From contig CAWKDB010000010.1 of NCBI GenBank assembly GCA_963848295.1, forward strand, positions 4,352,001 through 4,416,000: a DNA stretch of 64,000 bases, given 5' to 3'. Positions 1 through 8,534 of the stretch are shown piece by piece (the first letter of the stretch is position 1; the number at the start of each line of letters is the position of its first letter). The notes below the pieces were generated by a model. It did not search any database. It saw only the letters and a program-made list of their open reading frames with translations, and had not been told where the DNA came from. Origin of the DNA: an uncultured delta proteobacterium (GTDB lineage: Bacteria > Myxococcota_A > Polyangia > Haliangiales > Haliangiaceae). The position numbers were made by a program, and so were the translations under genes.

Positions 1-1168
1 CCGTGCGCGGCACGAGCGCACCCCAATCGATGTCGGCGCGCTGCTGCACGATCGGCTGCGATGCCGACGCCGCTTGCTCGGCCTTCCTTCGCTTTTTCTT
101 CTTCTTGTTGAACTTCGCGTACTGGCCCGATTGGCTAGCTCCGCTCGCGACCTTCGCGACCGGCTCGGTATCGACCACGGTGGACGTGCGTTCGACCACC
201 GAGTCGCGAGTCTCGCCGCCGACCAGCCACTCTTCGATCGCGAGCACCGCGCGCCACGTCGCTTTCGGTCGCTCGCCGTGCGCGACGCGGATCACCCCAG
301 CCTCGAGCGCTTTCTGCGCGACGCGCAGGGTCTCGAACACGCGATACGGCGAGTCCTCGAGGATGTCGGCGAGCACGCGATGGCCGTCGAACATCCGCAA
401 CACGCTGTAGACCTCGGCGGGAATCGTCGAGCCGAGGCTCGTGATCCGCTGCATGTCTTGCTCGAGCACCATCGACGGCGACAAACGCTCGGCCGTCTCG
501 CGCACGCCTTCGAGGAAACGCTCGGCGTCGGCGAACAGCTCTTCCGACGTCAACGGGATCTGCGCGCGCCGGACGAGATCTTCGTGGTGGAAGTCGAACC
601 GCGCATCGGTCCACAACAGCAGCTGGTGAAACGCGGCCTGGCCGTGGATCAGGCCGACCTGCGCCGAGGTGACCTCCCCGTTGTAGAATCGGACCTCGCC
701 GCGGCGTAGTCCGCGGATCAGCGTGAGCACCGCGCTGCGCCCGAGCGTCGAGAGCGCGCGAACCAGCGTGTAGACGCCGGTGACCTCTGCGAGGCTGCCC
801 TGCAGCCGGGTTCGATCTGCCGCGCCGACCCCGCACAACAGCCGGCCGACCGTGACGATATCGCGCAAGTACGCCGGACGCTGGACGACCTCGTCGGCGC
901 CTGCGGCGACGGCTGCCGCGCGTTCGACGCCGCGGCCGGCGAACACGATCGGCACGTCCGCGCCGTCGAGCAAGGTTCGGGTGCGTTGTAGCAACTCGAG
1001 CGCGTGGCCATCCACCCCGCCGACGACGACGAGGCCGGGATCTTCGAGCTCGGGCTTCGCGGGATCGCCGATCACCGCGACGACTCCCTCGCGCTCGAAC
1101 CCGAGCTGGACCTGTCGCCCCGCCCGTCGATCGGGATCGAGGACGACGACTTTCGAAGGCCCCGGCAT
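1..1168 (-). CDS. Receiver-like + DUF4388 (PatA_N-like) domain protein, runs off the window start
   Basis: Manual translation from ATG 1168: MPGPSKVVVLDPDRRAGRQVQLGF...AGADEVVQRP...LQGSLAEV..YTLVRALSTLGRSAVLTLIRGLRRGEVRFYNGEVTSAQVG..GQAAFHQLLLWTDARFDF. No stop before base 1, so it is absent from the ORF track. Confidence 0.75.
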   Translation of the reverse strand, partial: MPGPSKVVVLDPDRRAGRQVQLGFEREGVVAVIGDPAKPELEDPGLVVVGGVDGHALELLQRTRTLLDGADVPIVFAGRGVERAAAVAAGADEVVQRPAYLRDIVTVGRLLCGVGAADRTRLQGSLAEVTGVYTLVRALSTLGRSAVLTLIRGLRRGEVRFYNGEVTSAQVGLIHGQAAFHQLLLWTDARFDFHHEDLVRRAQIPLTSEELFADAERFLEGVRETAERLSPSMVLEQDMQRITSLGSTIPAEVYSVLRMFDGHRVLADILEDSPYRVFETLRVAQKALEAGVIRVAHGERPKATWRAVLAIEEWLVGGETRDSVVERTSTVVDTEPVAKVASGASQSGQYAKFNKKKKKRRKAEQAASASQPIVQQRADIDWGALVPRT

Positions 1169-1236
1169 GCGCGAAGATCGAGCCTACAGTATAACGGAGG
1201 CGACGGATCGTCCGACGACACCGCCGCAAAAACCAC

Positions 1237-3165
1237 GTGATCATCCTCGAGATCCTGCAAGGCACCGCCGCCCAGCGCGTCTATCGGCTCGAGCCGTCGC
1301 GCGCGAGCGCCGCGACGATCGGTCGATCCCCCGCCAGCACCGTGCTGGTCACCGATTTTCATTTGTCCGGCGACCACGCTCAGATCACGCAGATCGGCGA
1401 GCGCTACGTGTTTCGCGACCTGCGGTCGACGAACGGCTCGGCGATCGAGCGCGACGGCAAACGGATGCCGGTCGACGCCGCGGCGCGCTGGGAGATCGCA
1501 CTCGAGGACGGCGACTTCCTGTTGCTCGGCAACGCCGCCGACCCGGTGCGGATCAGCGTGCGGTTCGCCGAGGAAGCCGACGACGATCTCGGCGAGCGGC
1601 TGATCGCATCGAAGTCGATCCTCGAGCTGCCGCAGATCACCGACCAGATCGAGGGCGATCCGGTCAGCGCGATGCGCGTTTACAAGGCGCTGCAACCGCT
1701 CGGCGCGCGCCTCGAGCCAGCCGAGGTGATCGATGCGACCGTCGCGGCGACGTTCGAGCTCCTGCCGCGCGCGACCCACGTCGCGGTGTTGCTGCGCTCC
1801 GACGCCGACAAGGACCGGTTCGCACTCGCGGTGTCGCGTCATCGCGGCGCGAACGTGCCGAAGGCGGATCCGGTGCGTGCTAGCCGATCGGTGTTGCGCC
1901 GAGTGCTGTCCGAGCGCGCCGCCGTGCTCACCGCGAACGCCCAAGAGGAGCTCGCGTCGAGCGACTCGATCATGGGGGGCCAGATCATGTCGATGATCGC
2001 GGTGCCGCTGTGGCGCGGCGACGACATCACCGGGCTGATCCAAGCCGACAATCGCTCGACCGCTGGGATGTTCACCGAGCGCGATCTCCAGGTCGCGCTG
2101 CTGCTCGGCGCGCAAGCTGCGCTCGCGATCGATAACGCGACGCTCGTCGGTCGGCTGAAGATCGCCGAGGAGCGAGCGCGCGGCGAGAACGTCTACCTCA
2201 AGCGGCGCGAGACCAAGATCCAGTTCGACAACATCATCGGTGGCTCGCCGGCGATGAAGGCGGTGCTGTCGCAGCTCGAGCGCGTGATCGATACGCGTGC
2301 GACGGTCTGCATCGAAGGCGAGACCGGCACCGGCAAGGAGCTGATCGCCGCGGCGGTGCACTACCAGTCGCAGCGCAAGGACAAGATGTTCGTCGCGCAG
2401 AACTGCGCGGCGTTGCCCGAGAACTTGCTCGAGTCCGAGCTGTTCGGTCACAAGCGCGGCGCGTTCACGAGCGCCGACTCCGACAAGAAGGGCCTGTTCG
2501 AGATCGCCGACGGTGGCACGCTGTTCCTCGACGAGATGGGCGAGATGCCGATGGCGCTGCAGGCGAAGCTGCTGCGCGTGCTGCAGGAAGGCACGATCCG
2601 CGCGGTCGGCGCGACGACCGAAAAGCAAGTCGACGTCAGGATCTTGTGCGCGACGAATCGCGATCTGTCGGCCGAGGTCGAGGCCGGGCGGTTTCGCCAG
2701 GACCTGTACTACCGCTTGATGGTGTTCCCGATCAAGCTGCCGCCATTGCGGGAGCGGCGCGAGGACATTCCCGAGCTCGCCGCGCATTTCTTGAAGCGCT
2801 ACGCCGCCGAATATCGCGTCGAGATGCCGGGGTTCACACCCGATGCGATCGACGCGCTGTGCGCCTACAACTGGCCGGGTAACATTCGCGAGCTCGAGAA
2901 CGAAGTGCAGCGGCTCGTCATCCAAGCCGAGTCGGGCCACTGGATCGAGTCGACCGATCTGTCGCCCCGGCTGCGCAAGATCGAAGGCACGGTGACGCGC
3001 GTCGCGCCGAAGCAAGGCACCCTCAAAGAGATGATGGAACAGGTCGAGCGCTGGCTGATCGCCGAGGCCTTGCGCGATCACGGCAACAACAAGACCCGGA
3101 CCGCGGCGACCCTCGGCATCACCCGCGAAGGCCTGCACAAGAAGCTCGCGAAGTTCGGGGTGTGA
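1237..3165 (+). CDS. Sigma54-dependent enhancer-binding protein (FHA + GAF + AAA+ + Fis HTH)
   Basis: FHA (IGRS...LSGDHA...DLRSTNG), GAF, Walker [49 protein letters not shown]-terminal HTH. Confidence 0.95.
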   Translation: MIILEILQGTAAQRVYRLEPSRASAATIGRSPASTVLVTDFHLSGDHAQITQIGERYVFRDLRSTNGSAIERDGKRMPVDAAARWEIALEDGDFLLLGNAADPVRISVRFAEEADDDLGERLIASKSILELPQITDQIEGDPVSAMRVYKALQPLGARLEPAEVIDATVAATFELLPRATHVAVLLRSDADKDRFALAVSRHRGANVPKADPVRASRSVLRRVLSERAAVLTANAQEELASSDSIMGGQIMSMIAVPLWRGDDITGLIQADNRSTAGMFTERDLQVALLLGAQAALAIDNATLVGRLKIAEERARGENVYLKRRETKIQFDNIIGGSPAMKAVLSQLERVIDTRATVCIEGETGTGKELIAAAVHYQSQRKDKMFVAQNCAALPENLLESELFGHKRGAFTSADSDKKGLFEIADGGTLFLDEMGEMPMALQAKLLRVLQEGTIRAVGATTEKQVDVRILCATNRDLSAEVEAGRFRQDLYYRLMVFPIKLPPLRERREDIPELAAHFLKRYAAEYRVEMPGFTPDAIDALCAYNWPGNIRELENEVQRLVIQAESGHWIESTDLSPRLRKIEGTVTRVAPKQGTLKEMMEQVERWLIAEALRDHGNNKTRTAATLGITREGLHKKLAKFGV

Positions 3166-3275
3166 TGGTGACGCGGTGTGATGGTGACGCTGTCTCTATT
3201 GTCAACTTGCGCCCGGGATCACCCCTTCAAACGGCGTCGTTTCGGGGTTAGTTGACAAAAGAGACAGCGTCCCCA
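3159..3275. repeat. Palindromic REP/MITE-like element with an adjacent 16-bp tandem duplication
   Basis: GACGCTGTCTCTATTGTCAACT (3186-3207) and AGTTGACAAAAGAGACAGCGTC (3250-3271) form a 22-bp inverted repeat with 1 mismatch. GGTGTGATGGTGACGC occurs twice in tandem at 3159-3190. Confidence 0.8.
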
Positions 3276-3277
3276 GC

Positions 3278-4429
3278 TCAGGCGTCGTCTTCGGTCGCGG
3301 CGGCGGTCGGCGCCGTGAACGGCGTGCCTGACAGCTGGGCCATCGCGGTGGCCAGGTTGGCGACTTCGACGGACGCCGGTGCATTGCGCTTGAGCATGAA
3401 GGTGCAGGTCGCGCACGAGGTGACGACCATGCCACCGCCGGTTGCGTGAACTTCGGCGAGCCGGCGCTTGCTCATCTGATCGGCGACGAGCGGCATGGTC
3501 TTGGGCAACAATCCGCCACCGCCGCAGCATTCGGTGTCGCCCTTGTTCCACGCGAGCTCGCGGACCTCGACGAGCTGGCCGAGGGCGCGCCGCGGCGTCT
3601 CCATCACGTTCGAGTAGCGCGCGTGATAGCAGGGGTCGTGATAATAGACGCTGCGTCGCGTGATCGAGCACGCGAGATTCACGGCCGCAGGCGCGAGCAC
3701 GTCGGCGAGCGCGACGACCTCCGCCCGTACGGTGACGCCTTCGGCCGGGTACTGCGCGCGAATCGCGTACAGGCACGCCGAGCAGTTGATCGCGACCTTG
3801 CGAAACCCGCGCAGCGACGCGGCGACTCGGCCGGCATGCCAGCGAAACAGATCGCGATGGCCTGCCGCGAGCAACGGATAGCCGGCACAGGCTTGCGGCG
3901 CTCCGATCACGCGCACGTGGTCGAGACCCGTCCGGTCGAACAGCGCGAGCGCAGCGGCGATGTCACCGGCGCCCTTGTCGATCGCATCGCAGCCCGGCCA
4001 CAGTCCGATCTCGCCTTCGCTCGCGAGTCGCTCGGGGAACATCTGCGCCAGCTGCGTCGACAACCGATGTTCGCGCGCGCGAAACCGTTCGGCGTAACCC
4101 GCGAGTGCGGGATGCGGTATGCCGCGCTCGACCGCGGCGGCGCGGCCGGAGAACAGGACGAGCCCGGGCTCGTTGCCGTGGTCGCAATACATCGTGCAGT
4201 GGCGGCATCCGGTGCACGCCCACAACGGATCGGTCGAATCCGCGGTCCAGCCGCCGCGGCCGAGCCGCAGTTGGTTGAGCCGATCCATCTTTGCTTGCGG
4301 GATGAAGGTCTCGCGCCCGCTGGCGGTCGACACCGGGCACGCGTGGCGACACATCTTCGGGCAGAACGTGCAGTAGTCGAGCTGCTTCTCGACCGAGTGC
4401 GCCGAGAACGGCTCGCGTGGCTCGGACAT
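3278..4429 (-). CDS. (Fe-S)-binding oxidoreductase, GlpC/HdrD-like with CCG domains
   Basis: Start MSEPREP at 4429. Motifs [45 protein letters not shown]. Confidence 0.85.
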   Translation of the reverse strand: MSEPREPFSAHSVEKQLDYCTFCPKMCRHACPVSTASGRETFIPQAKMDRLNQLRLGRGGWTADSTDPLWACTGCRHCTMYCDHGNEPGLVLFSGRAAAVERGIPHPALAGYAERFRAREHRLSTQLAQMFPERLASEGEIGLWPGCDAIDKGAGDIAAALALFDRTGLDHVRVIGAPQACAGYPLLAAGHRDLFRWHAGRVAASLRGFRKVAINCSACLYAIRAQYPAEGVTVRAEVVALADVLAPAAVNLACSITRRSVYYHDPCYHARYSNVMETPRRALGQLVEVRELAWNKGDTECCGGGGLLPKTMPLVADQMSKRRLAEVHATGGGMVVTSCATCTFMLKRNAPASVEVANLATAMAQLSGTPFTAPTAAATEDDA

Positions 4430-5148
4430 CAGTTCAGGCCTTCGACGCGCTCGCGCAGCTGCGCGAGGTCGCGCGCGATCCGCGAGTTGCCGGGCTCGAG
4501 CACGGCGAGGCGTTCCAGGACGTCGAGCGAGCGCGGCAGATCGCCGTTGCGACCGTAGATCCCGGCGAGGTTGACGAGCATGCGCGCGACGATCTGGCGC
4601 TTGCTCGCCGCCGCGATCACGCTGGGCTCGAGGACCGCGGTCGGCGTGGTCGTCTTGCGCAACAGGGCTTCGAGATCGGACGGCGTCAGCGACCGCCCGT
4701 TGTCGTACGGATCGACGAACAGCCACGCGTCCTCGATCGCGACGCGCACGAGGAAGTGCCCGGGGAAGTTCACGCCCTGCGCGAGCACGCCGACGCGCCG
4801 AGCGACCTCGAGGTACACGACCGACAGCGTGATCGGGATGCCCATCCTGCGGTCGAGCACGTCGCACAAGAAGCTGTTGCGCGGATCGTAGTAGTCGTCG
4901 CTGTTGCCGGCGAAACCCAGGCGATCGAATAACCAGTCGCTGATCGCGCGGGCCCGACCGATGCCGCCGGGAGCGCGCCGGACGTCGTCGACGCAACGTT
5001 CCGCGATGTCGTCGAGCGTGTCGCGATAGCACTCGATGTCGCGCTCCGGATATTCCCAGGCGCCGATCTGCAGCGCGGCCTGGTCGAGCGGAAAATCATC
5101 GCGCGTCACCAGCTCGCTGAACCGGGACAGCCCCGGGCTGACGTCCAT
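4429..5148 (-). CDS. SirB1/YchA-family transglutaminase-like protein with C-terminal TPR
   Basis: LGFAGNSDDYYDPRNSFLCDVLDRRMGIPITLSVVYLEVARR...GVNFPGHFLVR...FVDPY. Start MDVSPG at 5148. Confidence 0.9.
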   Translation of the reverse strand: MDVSPGLSRFSELVTRDDFPLDQAALQIGAWEYPERDIECYRDTLDDIAERCVDDVRRAPGGIGRARAISDWLFDRLGFAGNSDDYYDPRNSFLCDVLDRRMGIPITLSVVYLEVARRVGVLAQGVNFPGHFLVRVAIEDAWLFVDPYDNGRSLTPSDLEALLRKTTTPTAVLEPSVIAAASKRQIVARMLVNLAGIYGRNGDLPRSLDVLERLAVLEPGNSRIARDLAQLRERVEGLN

Positions 5149-5220
5149 CGTCCGAGCGTAGCATCGGTTTCGATCTCCGCGCCGCCGCAACGCGGCTGCG
5201 ATGTGCGAACATGATCTCGC

Positions 5221-6333
5221 ATGGCCGAGGAGCCCCGACCAGGGTTGATCGTCGGCGGTCGCTACGAGCTGATCGACGTAGCCGGCCGCGGCGGCATGGC
5301 TGACGTGTGGCACGGCCGGGTGCGCGGCGACTCGGGCTTTGTCCGCGATGTCGCGATCAAGCAGATGCACCAGAACCTCGCGGTCCAGCCGGGTTATGTC
5401 GCGATGTTCGTCGAGGAAGCGCGCATCGGCTCCGAGCTCCAATCGCCGAACGTCGCCGAGGTCCACGACTTCGTCAAAGACGGCGGCAACTACTACATGG
5501 TGCTCGAGTGGATCGATGGCGTCGATCTCGGCACGTGGGTGCGCTGGCACGGCGCGCGCAACGAGCTGACCCGGTGGGAGCTCGTGGCGGCCGTCGGCGT
5601 CGGGATCTTGCGCGGGCTCGCGGCGGCTCACGAGCGGATCGGCCCCGATGGCCTACCGATGCCGATCGTGCATCGCGATGTTTCGCCGCACAACGTGTTG
5701 CTCACCACGCGCGGCATGGTCAAGGTCGTCGACTTCGGGCTCGCGCTCGCGCCGGATCGACCGCAAGAAACGACCGAGCCGGGCATCGTCAAAGGCAAGA
5801 TGTCGTACCTCGCGCCCGAGATCGTGGGCGGCGGCCGACCGGTGCCGGGCAGCGACCAATTCGCGTGCGGCTCGGTGCTGTGGGAGTCACTCGTCGGTCG
5901 CAAGTTGTTCGAAGGCGCGACCGACTTCGAAACCTACACGCGCCTGCGCGATTGCATGGTCCAGCCGTTGCGGCCGTTGCGGCCCGACGTGCCGCCGCCG
6001 TTCATCGCGATCATCCAGCGCGCTCTCTCGGCGAACGTCGACGCACGGTTTCCATCGGCGCGCGAGATGGCGCGCCAGGTCGGTACGGTGCTCAAGAAGG
6101 TCCAGCTGCGCAAGGATCTCCACACCGTGCTCGCGCGCAGCGTCGTCGAGGCGCGCGAAGGCATGGGGCTCGGGCCGCGCACCGGCGACCCATCGACCGC
6201 GACCCCGATCGCTTCGATCGTCCCCGACGACACGCCGCGGATCGAGCTGGCGCCGAAGCCGGAGCTCGGCACGCTCGAGAAGCTGCGCAGCCTGCGCCAC
6301 AAGCTGCCGTTCTTCGGCCGCAAGCGCGGCTAG
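5221..6333 (+). CDS. Hanks-type Ser/Thr protein kinase
   Basis: GRGGMADVW, VAIK, HRDVSPHN, DFG, GKMSYLAPE. Confidence 0.95.
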   Translation: MAEEPRPGLIVGGRYELIDVAGRGGMADVWHGRVRGDSGFVRDVAIKQMHQNLAVQPGYVAMFVEEARIGSELQSPNVAEVHDFVKDGGNYYMVLEWIDGVDLGTWVRWHGARNELTRWELVAAVGVGILRGLAAAHERIGPDGLPMPIVHRDVSPHNVLLTTRGMVKVVDFGLALAPDRPQETTEPGIVKGKMSYLAPEIVGGGRPVPGSDQFACGSVLWESLVGRKLFEGATDFETYTRLRDCMVQPLRPLRPDVPPPFIAIIQRALSANVDARFPSAREMARQVGTVLKKVQLRKDLHTVLARSVVEAREGMGLGPRTGDPSTATPIASIVPDDTPRIELAPKPELGTLEKLRSLRHKLPFFGRKRG

Positions 6334-6337
6334 GCGA

Positions 6338-7045
6338 CTACTCGACGCCGCCCTCGACGCCGGCGTCGCTGTCGCTCTCGTCTTTCGGCACCGGGCGGAC
6401 GTAGATGTCATCGACGCGCCAATCGTCCTGCTCGCGCCGTAGCACGATGCGATAGCGCACGCCGTTCTCGTCCCAGCGCAGCTCCGCGCGGTCGTTGCCC
6501 GGCATATCGATGTTGCTCGACGTGATCCGTCGCCCGAGGCCGGACAAGAAGCCCTGGATCTGGCGCGTGAGGCCATCGCGACGTCGCTCGGTGAGCACGC
6601 CGAGCACCGCGCCGATGTCGCGCCGCTCGATCGCGTCCGCGAAGATCCGGATCGCGTCGATCGGATAGCGCGCGTGGGATCGGCTGACCAGCTCGGAGTC
6701 GAGCCGCCAGTTGTGCCCTTCGCGTTCGACCTCGACGGTCTTGCCGTCCGAGTAGCGGACGAGCGCGCGCTCGCCCACGTCCGGCGTGCCTTTGAGGCTG
6801 TCCTCGAGCTCTTGCGCCTGGCGCGCTCGCTCGTTCTGGGTCTGCTTCCACTGCGCCGAGAACTCCTCGTAGCTGACCTGCTTGCGTGCGTCGCCGGCGA
6901 GCAAGTCGTAGGCCGCGTGGGCGTCGTTCGAGCGCAACGCGGCGATGTACGTGCGCACGCCGTCGGAGGCGGGAGCGCGCGGGCCGGTCGGGCCACCGCA
7001 CGCCGTGAGGGCGAACAGGGCGACGAGGGTGCAGAGCTTGGTCAC
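6338..7045 (-). CDS. Lipoprotein with two NTF2-like repeats (hypothetical)
   Basis: Lipobox ALTAC. Two similar halves ending REGHNWRLD and REQDDWRVD. Confidence 0.65.
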   Translation of the reverse strand: MTKLCTLVALFALTACGGPTGPRAPASDGVRTYIAALRSNDAHAAYDLLAGDARKQVSYEEFSAQWKQTQNERARQAQELEDSLKGTPDVGERALVRYSDGKTVEVEREGHNWRLDSELVSRSHARYPIDAIRIFADAIERRDIGAVLGVLTERRRDGLTRQIQGFLSGLGRRITSSNIDMPGNDRAELRWDENGVRYRIVLRREQDDWRVDDIYVRPVPKDESDSDAGVEGGVE

Positions 7046-7073
7046 GCCCTGGAGCGTAGCGTCCGTGAAAAGA

Positions 7074-7088
7074 CAAAGCCACCGAAGC
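7074..7088 (+). repeat. 15-bp direct repeat, copy 1 (CAAAGCCACCGAAGC); candidate island boundary
   Basis: Identical to 13754-13768; both copies are intergenic. Confidence 0.6.
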
Positions 7089-7201
7089 GCGTGATTGGTC
7101 GTTCAGTTCGTTGCGCACCAAACCAGGTAGTTTGCCGAGCGTGGTCGGTCAGAAGAGCTTGACGCAGGGTTGCTGGAAGCTCGACGCTAGTCGAGCCGAC
7201 C

Positions 7202-7729
7202 GTGCCAGCCAAGCCCCGAGCACGTGCTCCGAACGCATCGCGGGCCCTGCGTTACCAGCATCGCGAAGTGATTCGCAGGTTCTCGAAGGATTGGCACGTC
7301 CCTGAACGCGAGGCGCGCCAGCTCTTCGACGATGTGAAGCGATACTTGTGGCTGACGACGCGCACCCGCTACCTGATAGCGCCGCCGGCGAGAGCGATCG
7401 ACGAGATGTGGCATACGTTCCTGCTATTCACTCGTGACTACGAACGGTTCTGCAAGCGGTACCTCGGTAAGATGGTCCATCACGTTCCAGCCACCACGAG
7501 CGCACTCGCGGCGGACGCTCGTCGCCGCGCTCGCGACCCCGTGCGGTGGCGCAAGGACATGCTCAGCGTGATCCTCCGAGAGCGGCGACTCGCACTTGTT
7601 CATTTCGGCGAGCGAACAATGAACCGGTGGTACGAGACGTACCGGCATCGCTACACGGCGGGGTTCTTCGACCGCCGCCCGGCTCGAGACTCCAAGGGGC
7701 GGCGGGCGATAATCGCGGCGAAGGGATGA
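7202..7729 (+). CDS. Glycine-rich-domain-containing-protein-like (GRDP-like) family protein
   Basis: Signature KRYLWL...PARAIDEMWHTFLLFTRDYERFCKRYLGKMVHHVP. Confidence 0.75.
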   Translation: MPAKPRARAPNASRALRYQHREVIRRFSKDWHVPEREARQLFDDVKRYLWLTTRTRYLIAPPARAIDEMWHTFLLFTRDYERFCKRYLGKMVHHVPATTSALAADARRRARDPVRWRKDMLSVILRERRLALVHFGERTMNRWYETYRHRYTAGFFDRRPARDSKGRRAIIAAKG

Positions 7730-8268
7730 CGGAGCGCTCTCGGGCCACCGTATCGCAACGGGCGCTCGACCCACTCGCGATACTCGCGAATCTCCCACCC
7801 TTCGTAGAGGGTCCGAAGCTCGCCAGGGCCGAATGCATGGCCGACCCCCAGGTCTGGCGGGCCCACCGTGAAGGCCACCGCCACGTGAACCCCGCCGGGG
7901 GCCGTCATCTCGCGGTGGCGTTCCACCATGCGACGTGCCAGCCCGCGAGGAAGGTGATGCAGCAAGTTCACGATGCATACGAGGTCGATCGACCGGCGCG
8001 GGACATACGCGAGTGCGTCCCGAGCGGCGACGCGAATCGCGAGCCGGTTGAGCTTGGCTAGGGAGCGGATGCGCGTGGCGAGCTGCCGATCCCGCTCGAT
8101 CGCGATCACCTGGAAGCCGAGCATCGCGAGCAGGAAACTGTGACGCCCGAAGCCAGCACCGACATCGATCGCTAGCGGTGCGTCGCTACCGACGCGTAGC
8201 TGCGACGCCGCCTTCAGGACGTACGGCGACGGCCTGCGGGCCCCGTCGTAGACGAACTTGCTGGCCAA
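7651..8268 (-). CDS. Class I SAM-dependent methyltransferase (TehB-like)
   Basis: Motif I IDVGAGFGRH, VIAIERD, IDLVCIVNLLHHL, TAPGG, FGPGELRTLYEGWEIREYRE. TTG start. Confidence 0.85.
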   Translation of the reverse strand: MASKFVYDGARRPSPYVLKAASQLRVGSDAPLAIDVGAGFGRHSFLLAMLGFQVIAIERDRQLATRIRSLAKLNRLAIRVAARDALAYVPRRSIDLVCIVNLLHHLPRGLARRMVERHREMTAPGGVHVAVAFTVGPPDLGVGHAFGPGELRTLYEGWEIREYREWVERPLRYGGPRALRHPFAAIIARRPLESRAGRRSKNPAV

Positions 8269-8282
8269 CTAGCGCTGGCCAA

Positions 8283-8432
8283 CTAACAAGGATGGCAAAT
8301 GCGCTGTTCGGCGATGCCGCCCGCCGCAGCCTTGAGATCCGCCTCGGCGAGCTTGCGGAGCTTCTTCTCCTGCGCGGGCGTGGTCTTGGCCTTTGACCAC
8401 GACGCCTTCGTAGTGTGCTTCGACTTTTTCAT
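8283..8432 (-). CDS. 49-aa double-glycine-leader peptide, putative RiPP precursor: MKKSKHTTKASWSKAKTTPAQEKKLRKLAEADLKAAAGG-IAEQRICHPC
   Basis: Manual translation from ATG 8432 to TAG 8283. The leader ends LAEADLKAAAGG (LSxxEL..V.GG-like). A sigma54 motif lies 13 nt upstream. Confidence 0.75.
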   Translation of the reverse strand: MKKSKHTTKASWSKAKTTPAQEKKLRKLAEADLKAAAGGIAEQRICHPC

Positions 8433-8444
8433 AATCCCAGGGCT

Positions 8445-8461
8445 TGCAAGCGACTAACCAG
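8445..8461 (-). promoter_or_regulatory. Sigma54 -24/-12 promoter of the peptide gene
   Basis: CTGGTTAGTCGCTTGCA: GG-N10-GC with TTGCA. Confidence 0.6.
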
Positions 8462-8534
8462 ATGCTGTCCCGGCGCTTTCCACGCCTTACACGTGTCGAG
8501 CTCTGCACTATCCGATCGTCGCTGCACAATCTGA

